Assembly: GCA_963790475.1 (NCBI GenBank)
Contig: CAWBOS010000006.1
Coordinates: forward strand, 288,001 to 352,000
From: an uncultured delta proteobacterium
GTDB taxonomy: Bacteria > Desulfobacterota > RBG-13-43-22
Length of the DNA stretch: 64,000 bases
Reading direction: 5' to 3'
Made by a program: the position numbers and the translations under genes
In this document: piece after piece, positions 1 to 12,354 of the stretch
Layout: each line of letters opens with the position of its first letter
How positions within the stretch are numbered: the stretch's first letter is position 1
The notes under the pieces: generated by a model
Seen by the model: the letters and a program-made list of their open reading frames with translations, nothing else
Database searches by the model: none
What the model was told of the DNA's origin: nothing

Positions 1-348
1 CCGGGGTCACAGACCATTCCGCTGGATCAGGACCAGATTTATCGGGCTTTTTTAAATATTCTGTTGAATGCCGTTCAGGCCATGCCCGAGGGTGGGAAGA
101 TCGGAATCAAGGTTCGGTATATTTCCCGGGAGGCGATCATTGAGATCAATGATTCGGGGTCCGGTTTATCAGAGGAAGAGCGGGTTAAGGCCTTTCAGCC
201 TTTTTTTACTACTAAGGAGAAGGGCAGCGGTTTGGGGCTGGCCATTGTCAAAAATATCATTGAAGCCCATAAGGGAACCATTCAAATGATTAATTCGGAA
301 TCAGGAGGAACCGCGGTGGTTATTACCTTGCCGAGAAAAGGGGACTGA
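1..348 (+). CDS. Sensor histidine kinase, C-terminal HATPase domain (5'-truncated by window edge)
   Basis: Open from base 1 (..QIYRAFLNILLNAVQA); N box, G1 DSGSG, F box FQPFFTTK, G2 GSGLGL. Confidence 0.9.
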   Translation, partial: PGSQTIPLDQDQIYRAFLNILLNAVQAMPEGGKIGIKVRYISREAIIEINDSGSGLSEEERVKAFQPFFTTKEKGSGLGLAIVKNIIEAHKGTIQMINSESGGTAVVITLPRKGD

Positions 349-501
349 GGCATAGAAGGAAGATCCCGATTCCAATCACCTTACAGGGGCCCTCGGGGGA
401 TGCGAGTTGCGGTTATGTGTTTATAAAAACCGATCGTTGTTATCTTTCAACTCCTAACCCTGACCCGCGAAGCGTAACTCGTAACAAAGGTTTTAATAAA
501 A

Positions 502-1835
502 ATGGAAACAATTCTCGTTGTCGACGATGAAAAGAATTATCTTTTAGTGCTGAAAGAATTACTGGGGGAAGAAGGCTATGAAGTGGTTATTGCCCAGTCG
601 GCCTCGGAGGCACTAAAGGTTTTTCAAGAAACGGAACTGGATCTGGTAATCACGGACATGAAAATGCCCGGAATGAGTGGGATGGAACTGTTAGACGTTT
701 TGAAAGAAAAAGACCTTCATCTGCCGGTAATCATGATGACCGCCTATGGATCGGTGGAAAAAGCGGTGGAAGCCATGAAAAAAGGGGCCTACGATTATAT
801 CCTCAAACCCTTTGATAATGAGGTATTAAAAAAGGCGGTCGCTAAAGGCCTGGCCATGGGGCGGGTGATCAAAGAAAACAGGCTGCTCTCCGGGGAATTG
901 AAGGAAAAATTCGGACCCACCGACCTGATCGGCAACAGTTTTCCGGTGAGGCAAGTGAGGGACTTGATCTCTAAAGTGGCCGGAACCAAAGCAACCGTGT
1001 TGATCAGCGGTGAATCAGGGACAGGAAAAGAATTGGTGGCCCGAGCCATTCATTTCAATAGCCCCAGAAAAGATAAACCCTTGGTCTCGGTCAATTGTTC
1101 GGCCTTGACCGAAACTTTGCTGGAGAGTGAACTTTTCGGTCACGAGAAAGGTGCCTTCACCGGGGCCGTGGCTCAAAGAAAGGGACGGTTCGAAACGGCG
1201 GATGGAGGGACCCTTTTCCTGGATGAGGTGGGAGAGATGTCCCCTTCCGTTCAGGTTACCCTTTTACGGGTTCTGCAAAACCGGGAATTTGAACGGGTTG
1301 GCGGAAACAAGACTATTAAGGTAGATGTACGGGTCATTACAGCTACTAATAAAGATCTGAAAAGGGAGATTACCAAGGGGACATTTCCGCGAAGATCTCT
1401 ATTATCGTCTTAATGTGGTTCATATTGAAGTCCCTCCTTTGAGGGAACAGGAAAGAGGACCTTCCCTTATTGATACGATATTTTTTGGAGCGATTTACCC
1501 GGGAGATGAATAAAAAAGAGGTCCCGACCCTGGCCCCGGAAGTGATGGGTGCCTTGTTGGCCTATGACTGGCCGGGGAATGTCAGGGAACTGGAAAACAT
1601 GCTCGAAAGAGCGATTATTCTGAGTTCAAAACCGATTATCCAACTGGAAGATCTGCCTTTCACCAGCATTATTCCGTCAGGAGCCAAACTTAATGAGGTC
1701 CTGGAATTAATAGAAAAAAAGATGATTACTCAGGCCCTGGTCCTATCGGGGAATGTCCAGGCCCATGCCGCCGAACTGCTGGGCATAGAAAAGAATTTGC
1801 TGAAGTATAAGATGAAAAAATATGCTCTGGTTTAG
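502..1835 (+). pseudogene. Sigma-54-dependent response regulator (NtrC/AtoC family), split by two +1 frameshifts (possibly sequencing errors)
   Basis: Receiver domain (VVDDE, DMKMP), Walker [15 protein letters not shown]; [11 protein letters not shown] continues in +1 frame from ~1386; second shift at ~1448; WPGNVRELEN and Fis-type HTH in ORF 1470-1835. Confidence 0.85.
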
Positions 1836-2052
1836 GCCGGGGCAAAGCTCTCGTTTACGGTTTTTGTTGTTTTCCGAAAATCCTCCCTGCCCTGATCAGA
1901 GGTCTCGATCAGATATCTCCTGTTTTGGAGTTGTCCCCTGAAAATCCAGGAAATATCTGATCTCCGAACTAATCCCCTGATCACATCGAGTCCCTAATTC
2001 ATCGATCACCCAAGGTTACTCAAATAGCGGTGGATGGACAGGTACCGGCACT

Positions 2053-2706
2053 CTATTTCTTAAATTTACCTGGAAATTGCTTGACGATGCCATCGGTCAG
2101 TGTATCGGCCAGCATCAGTATATGGTCATGGCCTTTGTCGTAATAACTTATATCGCCATCCCAATCCTTTTTAAGTCTGGAAACCACTTCCCCCGTGGTA
2201 ACCGTCAGATGTTTATATAAACTATTGACCAGTTCCTGCTTGGGCCAATGCGGATTTGCGCCGCTCAGGAACGTAGCGATCTCTTCGGCATTATCCTCCC
2301 ATTTCTTTTTAGCGGTTAAGAACTCCTCCTGAGTGCCTTTTTTTGCCGATGTTACCACCTCAGCGGCAATCAAGATATGGTCTCGGAGCAAACCGGCTAA
2401 TTTTTTTCCGGCCTCCTCTCCGTAGAAGGGCTTTATCGCCTCCCCGATACTATCCTGATTTTTTAGAAGTCTCTCGGCAATTTTAGCGGTGTCTTGAAGC
2501 TCGGCCAGGGCACTTATGATGTAATTTCGTGTATAGGTAATATGGTCTTCCCATAGTTTCCTCATGGACATTCTTAAATCAATGACCGATTTTTTGCACA
2601 ACATGGTGCCGGTCGCCTTGCCCTTCATAGGTTCCGCATATGAAATACTGACCATAAAGATACCAATCAGTCCAATCAAGATCCCGGCTGATATTATTCT
2701 TTTCAT
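2053..2706 (-). CDS. Secreted all-helical protein of unknown function with repeated His motifs
   Basis: N-terminal signal peptide (MKRIISAGILIGLIGIFMVSISYA); LWEDH, LLRDH, LYKH, HDH motifs; RBS GGAGG upstream. Confidence 0.7.
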   Translation of the reverse strand: MKRIISAGILIGLIGIFMVSISYAEPMKGKATGTMLCKKSVIDLRMSMRKLWEDHITYTRNYIISALAELQDTAKIAERLLKNQDSIGEAIKPFYGEEAGKKLAGLLRDHILIAAEVVTSAKKGTQEEFLTAKKKWEDNAEEIATFLSGANPHWPKQELVNSLYKHLTVTTGEVVSRLKKDWDGDISYYDKGHDHILMLADTLTDGIVKQFPGKFKK

Positions 2707-2960
2707 GTCATCCTCCTGTATTAATTTTAGTTTAAGTAATGAAAGGTGAATTTTGAAAGGAATACTATCTTGCTTTTTTTAGGGATGCAATGAAAAATTA
2801 TGAGAATAATCCTGTTGGGTTGTTTAAGCCGGAATTTTTTAACTTGGGTAGATCAGGAGAAGAGAAAAAGTTTCAATAGGCCATTGACTAAAAGAGAAGA
2901 ACTTTATACTATCTAACATAATAAAGCCGATCATAAGGGTTTATACAAAAAGGAGTTGGT

Positions 2961-3656
2961 TTGAAGGAAGTGGCCGAGTTATTAAAACAGAATCCCCTCT
3001 TCAGCGGCCTTGATGAAGCTGGACTTGACAAGGTCAAAGGGATTACCTCACACCATTTTTATAAAAAAGGGAGCATCCTTTTCTCCCAAGGTGATGGGGC
3101 TCATGGTTTCTACCTGGTGACCGAAGGGAAGATAAAAATATATCGCCTGTCGCCTAATGGCCAGGAATATGTCATGCGCCTGGTTGGACCTGGAGAAACG
3201 ATCGCCGAGGCGGCGGTTTTTTCCGGAAAAACCTACCCGGCCTCGGCTGAGGCCCTGGAGGATAGCCGGCTCTACTACCTGAATAAATCGGATTTCACGG
3301 CCCTCATCCGAGAGAGTCCCCAACTGGCCCTTAATATGATGACCGGTCTATCTCTTTTGTTGAGGGATTTGGCCCAACAGGTGGAAGATCTTTCTTTAAA
3401 GGAAGTCTCGGCCCGTCTGGCCCGTTTTCTGATCGCTGAGGCTGAAAAAATTTCTTCTGTACCGGCCAATGGACTCAAAATTCCCCTGGAAATGAAAAAA
3501 AATCTTCTGGCCAGCCGCTTGGGGACCATTGGGGAAACCCTGTCCCGCACTTTGTCAAAAATGAAACAGAAAGAAATTATCCATATCGATAAGGGCATCA
3601 TAACCATCCGGAATTTTGAGACCCTGAAAGAAATTGCTGAAGGAATAAAACTATAA
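2961..3656 (+). CDS. Crp/Fnr family transcriptional regulator
   Basis: cNMP-binding domain (LFSQGD..FYLVTEGKIK) and C-terminal HTH GTIGETLSRTL; TTG start after AGGAG. Confidence 0.9.
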   Translation: MKEVAELLKQNPLFSGLDEAGLDKVKGITSHHFYKKGSILFSQGDGAHGFYLVTEGKIKIYRLSPNGQEYVMRLVGPGETIAEAAVFSGKTYPASAEALEDSRLYYLNKSDFTALIRESPQLALNMMTGLSLLLRDLAQQVEDLSLKEVSARLARFLIAEAEKISSVPANGLKIPLEMKKNLLASRLGTIGETLSRTLSKMKQKEIIHIDKGIITIRNFETLKEIAEGIKL

Positions 3657-3665
3657 GGAGGCCCT

Positions 3666-4643
3666 ATGCTTTTTCCAGACTATCGGCCCAGGAGGCTGAG
3701 GCGGAATGAATCTTTCAGAAGGATGATTCGGGAAACCTCACTTTCGGTGGATAACCTTATCTATCCTATGTTCGTCGTTTTTGGCAAAGGGATTCGTAAG
3801 CCCATCGCTTCCATGCCCGGGATTTTTCAACTTTCCACAGATGAACTCATTAAAGAGGCCCGCGAGGTCCTTTCCCTGCGTATACCGGCCATCATGCTTT
3901 TCGGGATCCCGGAAAAAAAAGATGAAAAGGCTTCGGGGGCTTATGATCCCAACGGGATTATCCAGCGGGCTATGAAAGCCTTAAAAGAAAAGGTTCCTGA
4001 ATTGATAGTCATCGGTGATGTCTGCCTCTGTGAATACATGAGTCACGGCCACTGTGGGATTATCCAAGAGGGTGAGGTCGATAATGATGCCACCCTGGAG
4101 CTGCTGGCCCGTACCGCCTTGTCCCAGGTCAAGGCCGGCGCCGATATGGTTGCCCCGAGCGATATGATGGATGGAAGAGTGGCCGAGATCCGTCAGGCCC
4201 TGGATGAAAACGGTTTTGAGCAAACTCCTATTATGGCCTATTCGGCCAAATATGCTTCGGCCTTTTATGGTCCATTCCGGGAGGCCGCTGAGTCGGCTCC
4301 GAAATTCGGCGACCGGAAAAGCTATCAGATGGACCCGGCCAATTTTCGGGAAGCCATTCGTGAAGTGACCCTGGATGTTGAGGAGGGGGCGGATATTATC
4401 ATGGTCAAACCGGCCCTGCCCTATCTGGATGTTATCTGCCGGGTTCGGGAAGAATTCGACCTTCCTGTGGCTGCCTATAATGTCAGCGGCGAATACGCCA
4501 TGATCAAGGCGGCGGCGAAACAGGGTTGGTTGGATGAAAACAAAGTGATGATGGAATCCCTGCTTTCCATTCGCCGTGCCGGAGCCGATCTGATCCTGAC
4601 CTATTTTGCCAAGCAGGCCGCCCCCCTTTTGAAAGCATCATGA
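3666..4643 (+). CDS. hemB: Porphobilinogen synthase (delta-aminolevulinic acid dehydratase)
   Basis: [19 protein letters not shown] zinc motif, [26 protein letters not shown]. Confidence 0.97.
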   Translation: MLFPDYRPRRLRRNESFRRMIRETSLSVDNLIYPMFVVFGKGIRKPIASMPGIFQLSTDELIKEAREVLSLRIPAIMLFGIPEKKDEKASGAYDPNGIIQRAMKALKEKVPELIVIGDVCLCEYMSHGHCGIIQEGEVDNDATLELLARTALSQVKAGADMVAPSDMMDGRVAEIRQALDENGFEQTPIMAYSAKYASAFYGPFREAAESAPKFGDRKSYQMDPANFREAIREVTLDVEEGADIIMVKPALPYLDVICRVREEFDLPVAAYNVSGEYAMIKAAAKQGWLDENKVMMESLLSIRRAGADLILTYFAKQAAPLLKAS

Positions 4644-4683
4644 TGCGAGATCGTTTGCCGGCATGAAAGGTAATACTCATTAA

Positions 4684-5772
4684 ATGCCTTCTCACACAAA
4701 AGAAAAATCCGAATTTCCACTAAAAGTTCCCGAACTACGCCTGGTGGCCTGGGAAGTGACACGGCAATGCAATCTTTCCTGTCTTCACTGCCGGGCCTCG
4801 GCCGAATCCGGCCCTTACCCAGATGAATTAAGTACGGCCGAAGGTCTCCTTCTTTTGGATCAAATCCGGGAGGTCGGGCAGCCCGTGGTAATTATGACCG
4901 GGGGAGAGCCGTTACTTCGCCCTGACATTTATGAGCTGGCCCGGTACGGACATAATCTGGGCCTGCGGATGGTCATGGCCGTTAATGGCACCCTCTTGGA
5001 TAGGGAAAAGGCCCGGATGTTGAAAGAATCGGGTATTCAGAGGATCAGTGTCAGTATGGATGGAGCCGCAGCTGAGAGTCATGATTATTTTCGCCAGGTT
5101 CAAGGGGCTTTTAACGAGATACTAAAAGGGATCGAAGCCGCCAGGTCGGTTGGCCTGGAATATCAGATTAATACCACAGTCACCAGGCACAATCTTCATG
5201 AATTGCTAAAAATACAAGAAAAGACCATTGAATTAGGGGCCGTGGCCCATCATATTTTTATGCTGGTCCCAACCGGCCGGGGAAGGTCTTTGACCGACCA
5301 GACCATCTCAGCCGAGGAATACGAACAGACCCTGACCTGGCTGGTCAAACGCAAGGATGAGATCCCCCTGTCCATCAAGGCGACTTGCGCCCCTCATTAT
5401 TATCGAATATTGAGGGAGACAGCCCGCCAGGAAGGAAAGGAAGTCTCTTTCAAAACCCATGGATTAGATGCTGTTACCCGAGGTTGTCTGGGAGGGGTCG
5501 GGTTTTGCTTTGTCTCCCACAGGGGACAGGTTCAACCCTGCGGTTATCTGGAGGTGGACTCAGGAAATACGCGGAGACAATTCTTCGGGGAAATATGGAA
5601 ATCCTCTCCGGTCTTTCTGGCTTTAAGAGATCAATCCCAGTATTCGAACAAATGCGGTCGGTGTGAATATTTTCGGGTTTGCGGCGGCTGCCGGGCCAGG
5701 GCCTTTGAAGCCACCGGGAATTATTTGGAAGAAGAGCCTCTTTGCACTTTTCAGCCTAAAAGGCAGGCGTGA
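4684..5772 (+). CDS. ahbD: Radical SAM/SPASM heme b synthase (AhbD)
   Basis: AWEVTRQCNLSCLHCRA (CxxxCxxC), KATCAPHYYR, SPASM CxxC..CGGCRARA; context hemB/ahbA. Confidence 0.85.
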   Translation: MPSHTKEKSEFPLKVPELRLVAWEVTRQCNLSCLHCRASAESGPYPDELSTAEGLLLLDQIREVGQPVVIMTGGEPLLRPDIYELARYGHNLGLRMVMAVNGTLLDREKARMLKESGIQRISVSMDGAAAESHDYFRQVQGAFNEILKGIEAARSVGLEYQINTTVTRHNLHELLKIQEKTIELGAVAHHIFMLVPTGRGRSLTDQTISAEEYEQTLTWLVKRKDEIPLSIKATCAPHYYRILRETARQEGKEVSFKTHGLDAVTRGCLGGVGFCFVSHRGQVQPCGYLEVDSGNTRRQFFGEIWKSSPVFLALRDQSQYSNKCGRCEYFRVCGGCRARAFEATGNYLEEEPLCTFQPKRQA

Positions 5773-5815
5773 GGCGTGAGGTTTTTTTAATGATTCCTTT
5801 TTCATTGTTCGTCCT

Positions 5816-6334
5816 TTGCCGGAATTAAATAGAAAATTGGGAATAAAAGAGATAAAAGAAACCCCTGATAAAAAACCAATCTATAGGCTGGATCGGATTG
5901 ATCGGGCTATTCTCAATGAAATTCAGTCCCATTTCCCTCTTAAGGCCAGACCTTATCGAGAGGTCGCGGAACGTCTGGATCTCACGGAAAAGGAGGTCAT
6001 CTCCCGGGTTAACTGCATGGCCCAGGGGGGGATCATCCGGCGTATTGGGGCCAATTTCAACTCCCGCAAGCTGGGATTCACCAGTACCCTTTGTGCCGCC
6101 CGGGTCCCGATGGAAAGAATATCCGAATTTGTTGAAAAGGTTAATCAATATCCCGGCGTCACCCACAACTATGAGAGGGAGGGGGATTTCAATATATGGT
6201 TTACCTTTATAGCTGAATCCAAGGGACTAATCGATTCCGCTCTTGAAGAAATTAAGAATAAAACAGGCATTGAAGAATTGATCAGCCTTCCGGCCGAGAA
6301 TATTTTTAAGATCCGCGTTGATTTCGAAGTTTAG
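5816..6334 (+). CDS. ahbA: Siroheme decarboxylase subunit (AhbA, Lrp/AsnC-like)
   Basis: IQSHFPL..RPY, GIIRRIG, STLCAA, GVTHNYER..FNIWFT; exact start uncertain. Confidence 0.85.
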   Translation: MPELNRKLGIKEIKETPDKKPIYRLDRIDRAILNEIQSHFPLKARPYREVAERLDLTEKEVISRVNCMAQGGIIRRIGANFNSRKLGFTSTLCAARVPMERISEFVEKVNQYPGVTHNYEREGDFNIWFTFIAESKGLIDSALEEIKNKTGIEELISLPAENIFKIRVDFEV

Positions 6335-6555
6335 TGCAAAAATAGGATTTATGAAAATAGCGGATAACATAGCCCGGCGTAAATATCCCCAGATGTCATT
6401 GGGGCGGAAGGTGAAATTCAGTCAAAGGGAACTGGTCCCGACTTTCGCCGGGTGAGGGGAGTTGCCCGATGGAAGCATCTTGGTCAAAATCATATAACTT
6501 TATATTAATATTCATGGTTCTTAAGGCCCGTATCGGCCGGGGGTAAGGATAGATA

Positions 6556-7143
6556 ATGGAACAAAATCGGGAAGACAGGAAAGAACCGGAAGTCGAGGTT
6601 AATCAGGAACCGGAAGAATATTCTTCTCCCACCGGATTCAAAAAACCCAAGCGATCTTTTAGATTGAATAAATGGATGTTAGTGCCGATTTCCCTGGTTG
6701 GGATAACCGTTTTGGCCTTTGGGCTGTGGATGATCCTACAATCCGGTTTGTTTCCCAGTAAAGAACAAACCGAAATCCCTGAATTAAAGGCGCTCCGCAC
6801 AGAATTTCAGAGTCTGAAGGGTGAAATAGCCTCTTTGAAAAATGAAGTGCAATCCTTAAAAGAAGAACAGAAGGGTCTTCAGGAATGGACAAAGGCCATT
6901 CAAGGACAAGTTACGACCGTCAAGGACCAACAAACGGTTTTGGCAAAAAAAAGGGATTCCCAAGGAAACAAAAAGCCGAAGCCGAAGGTGATCGTCTATA
7001 AGATACAAAGGGGAGACACCTTGGCATCGATTGCTAAAAAATTTCGAGTGGGCCAGGATGATCTGAAGAACTGGAACCACCTTCCCTCGAAAGGAAAACT
7101 CAAACCTGGTCAAACCATAACAATTTATTCCCCTACTCCCTGA
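6556..7143 (+). CDS. Membrane-anchored coiled-coil protein with C-terminal LysM domain
   Basis: TM helix, heptad coiled coil, YKIQRGDTLASIAKKF..LKNWN..LKPGQ. Confidence 0.85.
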   Translation: MEQNREDRKEPEVEVNQEPEEYSSPTGFKKPKRSFRLNKWMLVPISLVGITVLAFGLWMILQSGLFPSKEQTEIPELKALRTEFQSLKGEIASLKNEVQSLKEEQKGLQEWTKAIQGQVTTVKDQQTVLAKKRDSQGNKKPKPKVIVYKIQRGDTLASIAKKFRVGQDDLKNWNHLPSKGKLKPGQTITIYSPTP

Positions 7144-8335
7144 AGCCAAACATGACTTTCTCGTAAGGTTCAAACATCATTTGATAAAGATCCATGGCAT
7201 AGCGGTCGGTCATTCCCGATAAATAATCGGCAATTATCCGGTGCCGGGTTTTTTTGTCCTTGGTCTGAAAAAATCGAGATTTAAAGACGCCAGGCAGCAT
7301 CTCCGGTTTTTCTTCCAGATGATGAAATATTCTGGAAATAATCAGTCGGCCTTTTTCATTCATGATGGACACCTGGGGGCGTTTATAAACATTTTCAAAA
7401 AGGAAAGTTTTCAGTTGATTGAAGTGGACCCAATCCTGATTTGGGGCAGTGACAATGGGGACCTCCTCCTTTCTAACTTCTTGAATACTTTTTATTTTCA
7501 AGCGACGTAGATTGTTGTGGGTCTGTTTAATGACCATAATGTTGGTTCCTTCGATCAAGGTCCTGACCAATAACCTGGCCCGGATGGTGGTATCGGCAGT
7601 GTCGAATCCGGGATAACGATCCCCACATTTTTTTAACACCTGGTCAACCAGGGGATTTTCCATTTTTGGAATATCATTCATAGATAAATATCCAGCAGTT
7701 AAAGCATCTTCCAAATCATGGGCACAGTAGGCCAACGGGTCGGCGATGTTGACTATCTGGGCCTCAAGAGTGGGAGAGGGATGTTCTCTGAATTCCTCCG
7801 AAGCGATGGGGTGATCATAAACGGTGGAATGCCGGGCAATACCCTCCCTGGTTTCAAAACAAAGATTGAGTCCGTCGTAAGCGCTATACCTTTTCTCCAA
7901 CAGGTCGACTATTCTCAGGCTTTGAAGATTATGCTCGAATCCCCCATCCTTTTTCATAAGCTCGTTTATAGTGGTTTCTCCCGTGTGTCCAAAAGGAGCA
8001 TGTCCCAAGTCGTGGGCATAGGCAATGGCTTCACACAAATCCTCGTTTAAACGAAGGGCCCGGGCCAGGGTTCGAGCATGCTGGGCGACCTCAAGGGTGT
8101 GGGTCAACCGGGTTCTGTAGAAATCCCCTTCGCTGATTAAAAAAACCTGAGTCTTGTACTGGAGATCCTTAAAGGCCTTGGAATAAAGAATCCGGTCCCG
8201 GTCGCGTTGAAAAACGGTCCTGAATTCATCCGGTTCATCCCCATGGAGGGTCCGTCCAATGCTTGCGGCACTTTTTGACGCATAAGCAGCAAGCGTTGAT
8301 TCCTCAATAGTTTCTAATTGCTCTCTGATTTTCAT
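7133..8335 (-). CDS. dgt: dGTP triphosphohydrolase-like HD protein
   Basis: FQRDRDRI, KTQVF, RTRLTHTLEV, HDLGHAPFGH, DYLSGMTDRYA. Confidence 0.92.
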   Translation of the reverse strand: MKIREQLETIEESTLAAYASKSAASIGRTLHGDEPDEFRTVFQRDRDRILYSKAFKDLQYKTQVFLISEGDFYRTRLTHTLEVAQHARTLARALRLNEDLCEAIAYAHDLGHAPFGHTGETTINELMKKDGGFEHNLQSLRIVDLLEKRYSAYDGLNLCFETREGIARHSTVYDHPIASEEFREHPSPTLEAQIVNIADPLAYCAHDLEDALTAGYLSMNDIPKMENPLVDQVLKKCGDRYPGFDTADTTIRARLLVRTLIEGTNIMVIKQTHNNLRRLKIKSIQEVRKEEVPIVTAPNQDWVHFNQLKTFLFENVYKRPQVSIMNEKGRLIISRIFHHLEEKPEMLPGVFKSRFFQTKDKKTRHRIIADYLSGMTDRYAMDLYQMMFEPYEKVMFGFRE

Positions 8336-8815
8336 AAATTCCTTCTTATTTTATTCGGTTGTAAAAACATCTTTTCCTGACCGGTCAATTTAAGGTCCAA
8401 AAGACTTTTCTGGGCTTTGGCTTATCATATCAGAAATGAAGCAAATTAAACAGTCAGTTATGGTGGACCGGTTCAAAATCCTATCGCAAGGTCTGCCATA
8501 GGCAGGGACTGATGGAATAGAATTTCAATTCACTTCAAGTGGCTATAGAATCCCCAAGGCAGGATTACCCGGCTCGCGAAAAGTTGTCTTCCATTTATGG
8601 AGACGTTATCCGCTATGACGTTTCGGTAAAAAGCCGTTGAGCGCTTATCCCGAGGGACCCCGGTAAAGGTCCGGGACTGGTGCTTTTATTAGTAACTATA
8701 TAATATTATTTACTTTAGTATGTAATTTGGCCTCACGATCGTTCTAAGCAAAATGGATCAATCTTGGTTTTTTAAAGGCCATCAGCCGTCAATTCATAAT
8801 ATCTCAATTTTGTAC

Positions 8816-8868
8816 TTGAATTTTAAAATTTAGTGTTTATATTAGCACTATCCAAAAGGGAGTGCTAA
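8816..8868 (+). promoter_or_regulatory. Sigma70-type promoter plus CIRCE operator (HrcA site) of groESL
   Basis: TTAGCACTA-N9-GAGTGCTAA at 8842-8868 (1 mismatch to CIRCE); TTGAAT 8816 / TATATT 8838. Confidence 0.92.
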
Positions 8869-8904
8869 CAAGCCCTATAACTATTTAGGAAGGAGAGTGA
8901 AAGT

Positions 8905-9192
8905 ATGAAGATCAGACCATTACATGATCGGGTCATTGTTCAACGAATCGAGGAGGAAGAAAAAACCAAGGGTGGAATTATTATCCCGGATACCGCCAAG
9001 GAAAAACCCCAGGAAGGCAAGGTTATTGCCGTAGGACCAGGGAAGATATTGGAAAACGGGACCAAGACTACGCTTGATGTCAAAGTGGGGGACAAGATTT
9101 TATTCGGAAAATATTCCGGGACCGAAATTAAGATCGAGGGCGAAGAATATTTAATGATGCGAGAAGAAGATATCTTAGGAGTGATTGAATAA
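8905..9192 (+). CDS. groS: Co-chaperonin GroES
   Basis: [26 protein letters not shown]. Confidence 0.98.
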   Translation: MKIRPLHDRVIVQRIEEEEKTKGGIIIPDTAKEKPQEGKVIAVGPGKILENGTKTTLDVKVGDKILFGKYSGTEIKIEGEEYLMMREEDILGVIE

Positions 9193-10839
<1,647 letters not shown>

Positions 10840-10866
10840 TTCTGGAACCAAAAGGTAGTTTGTCTG

Positions 10867-10897
10867 AAAAGCCCCCTGGTCTCAGGGGGCTTTTTTT
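10867..10897 (+). terminator. Intrinsic terminator of groESL
   Basis: AAAAGCCCCCTG-GTCT-CAGGGGGC followed by T7. Confidence 0.9.
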
Positions 10898-10972
10898 ATT
10901 GTAATTCTCTTGACTTCCGCCTCAATTTTTGTTAAATAGTGCCTCATCCCACCTTTAATAGAGAGGGAAAAG

Positions 10973-11629
10973 ATGGCCTTACCTTTCGTAACCATCCTTA
11001 TTGGAGCCCTTTTGCTGTGCCCTTCCCACCTATGGGCCAAGACCATGTTTATTACCGACCGAATAGAACTTAGCCTGCGCTCCGGGATTGGATTGGAGTA
11101 TCGTGCTTTGACCATGGTAAAAACCGGTGACCGCGTCGAGGTCCTTGAAGGGGATAAGAACTGGTCGAAGGTCAAACTACCCAATGGAACAACAGGCTGG
11201 ATCAACACCTGTTTTTTGGTAGATCAAGTCAAGACGGTTTCTTCCCAGGATCCGAAATTACAGGAAGATCTGCGTGGGATGAAAGAAACCAATCAAAACC
11301 TGGTCCGGGAAAAAGAAATACTTATTCAGGAAAAAGACAGGTTGCTCAAAGAACTTGAAGAGGCCAAGAACCAGACCCAGACCCTCAATCAGGAAAATAG
11401 TAAACGGAATTCCCCTGAACTTTCCGCCCTGAAAACAAAGAATGAAGAATTAGAAAAAGAAGTCGCGCAATATAAGGAACAGATCGACCATGTCGATCAA
11501 AAGGGAAAAGCCGGGAGCAACGAAGAACAGATCAAATGGTTTTTAATTGGGTCGGTCGTGCTGGTTGTGGGACTACTACTAGGCTGGTTTTTGAGCCGGA
11601 GCCGGCGCAAACCGCACCGGTACTATTAA
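10973..11629 (+). CDS. SH3-domain membrane protein (YgiM/TIGR04211-like)
   Basis: Signal peptide, ITD..LRSG.G..Y, WSKV..GW SH3b, coiled coil, C-terminal TM WFLIG.. Confidence 0.85.
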   Translation: MALPFVTILIGALLLCPSHLWAKTMFITDRIELSLRSGIGLEYRALTMVKTGDRVEVLEGDKNWSKVKLPNGTTGWINTCFLVDQVKTVSSQDPKLQEDLRGMKETNQNLVREKEILIQEKDRLLKELEEAKNQTQTLNQENSKRNSPELSALKTKNEELEKEVAQYKEQIDHVDQKGKAGSNEEQIKWFLIGSVVLVVGLLLGWFLSRSRRKPHRYY

Positions 11630-11724
11630 AATAAAAGAGCTGAGGGTACAAGAACCTTAAGGTGTCAAGTGAAAGCCCCCCCTGGATTGTAAAATACTTG
11701 TACCCCGTTTCCGTTTAGGCCATT

Positions 11725-12354
11725 TCAATTTTTTTTTGGTAAAATTCGAACATCCACCAGGCCTTTAAGTAATTCCGCAAACTTCCTGGCATCCTCCTCC
11801 GTCCCCACTATGGCCCCATAGTGCATGGGAATGGCAATTTTCGGTTTCAGGACCTTGGCCGCTTCCGCGGCTTCTTGAGCAGTCATGACATAAGTCCCGG
11901 AAACCGGAAGAAAAGCAATGTCGGCTTTAATTTCTTTCATCTCCGGAATGAAATCCGCATCCCCCGTATGATACACTCGCACTCCCTCCAGGGTAACGAT
12001 AAATCCCAGCCAGCCCTTGGCCTTGACATGAAAATCCTTATTGGTGTTATAAGAAGGGACCGCCTCAATGGCTATTCCCTGAATGGTTTTGGTTTCGCCG
12101 GGTTTAAGGATCTCGATTTTCCCGGTAAGCTTTTTCGCAGAATCCGCTTCGGTCACAATAATCGTGTCCTTGGTTTGGATTTTTTTAACGTCATCCGGTG
12201 AACAGTGATCGAAATGATCATGGCTGATCAGGATAATATCCGCTGCCGGCCCGCCTGCGATTTGAAAGGGGTCAAAATAGATGACCTTTTTATTTTGGTA
12301 CAAAATGCCGTCGTGCCCTAACCAGGACAGTTTTTTAAATACTTCTTCTATCAT
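11725..12354 (-). CDS. Metallo-beta-lactamase-fold hydrolase
   Basis: WLGH, SHDHFDH, YHTGD, IPMHY. Confidence 0.9.
   Translation of the reverse strand: MIEEVFKKLSWLGHDGILYQNKKVIYFDPFQIAGGPAADIILISHDHFDHCSPDDVKKIQTKDTIIVTEADSAKKLTGKIEILKPGETKTIQGIAIEAVPSYNTNKDFHVKAKGWLGFIVTLEGVRVYHTGDADFIPEMKEIKADIAFLPVSGTYVMTAQEAAEAAKVLKPKIAIPMHYGAIVGTEEDARKFAELLKGLVDVRILPKKN

Noticed and set aside
6335-6555. Riboswitch (c-di-AMP/c-di-GMP) upstream of the LysM gene
   Set aside because: GC-rich patches present, but I could not match the consensus of either class; a cmscan would settle it.
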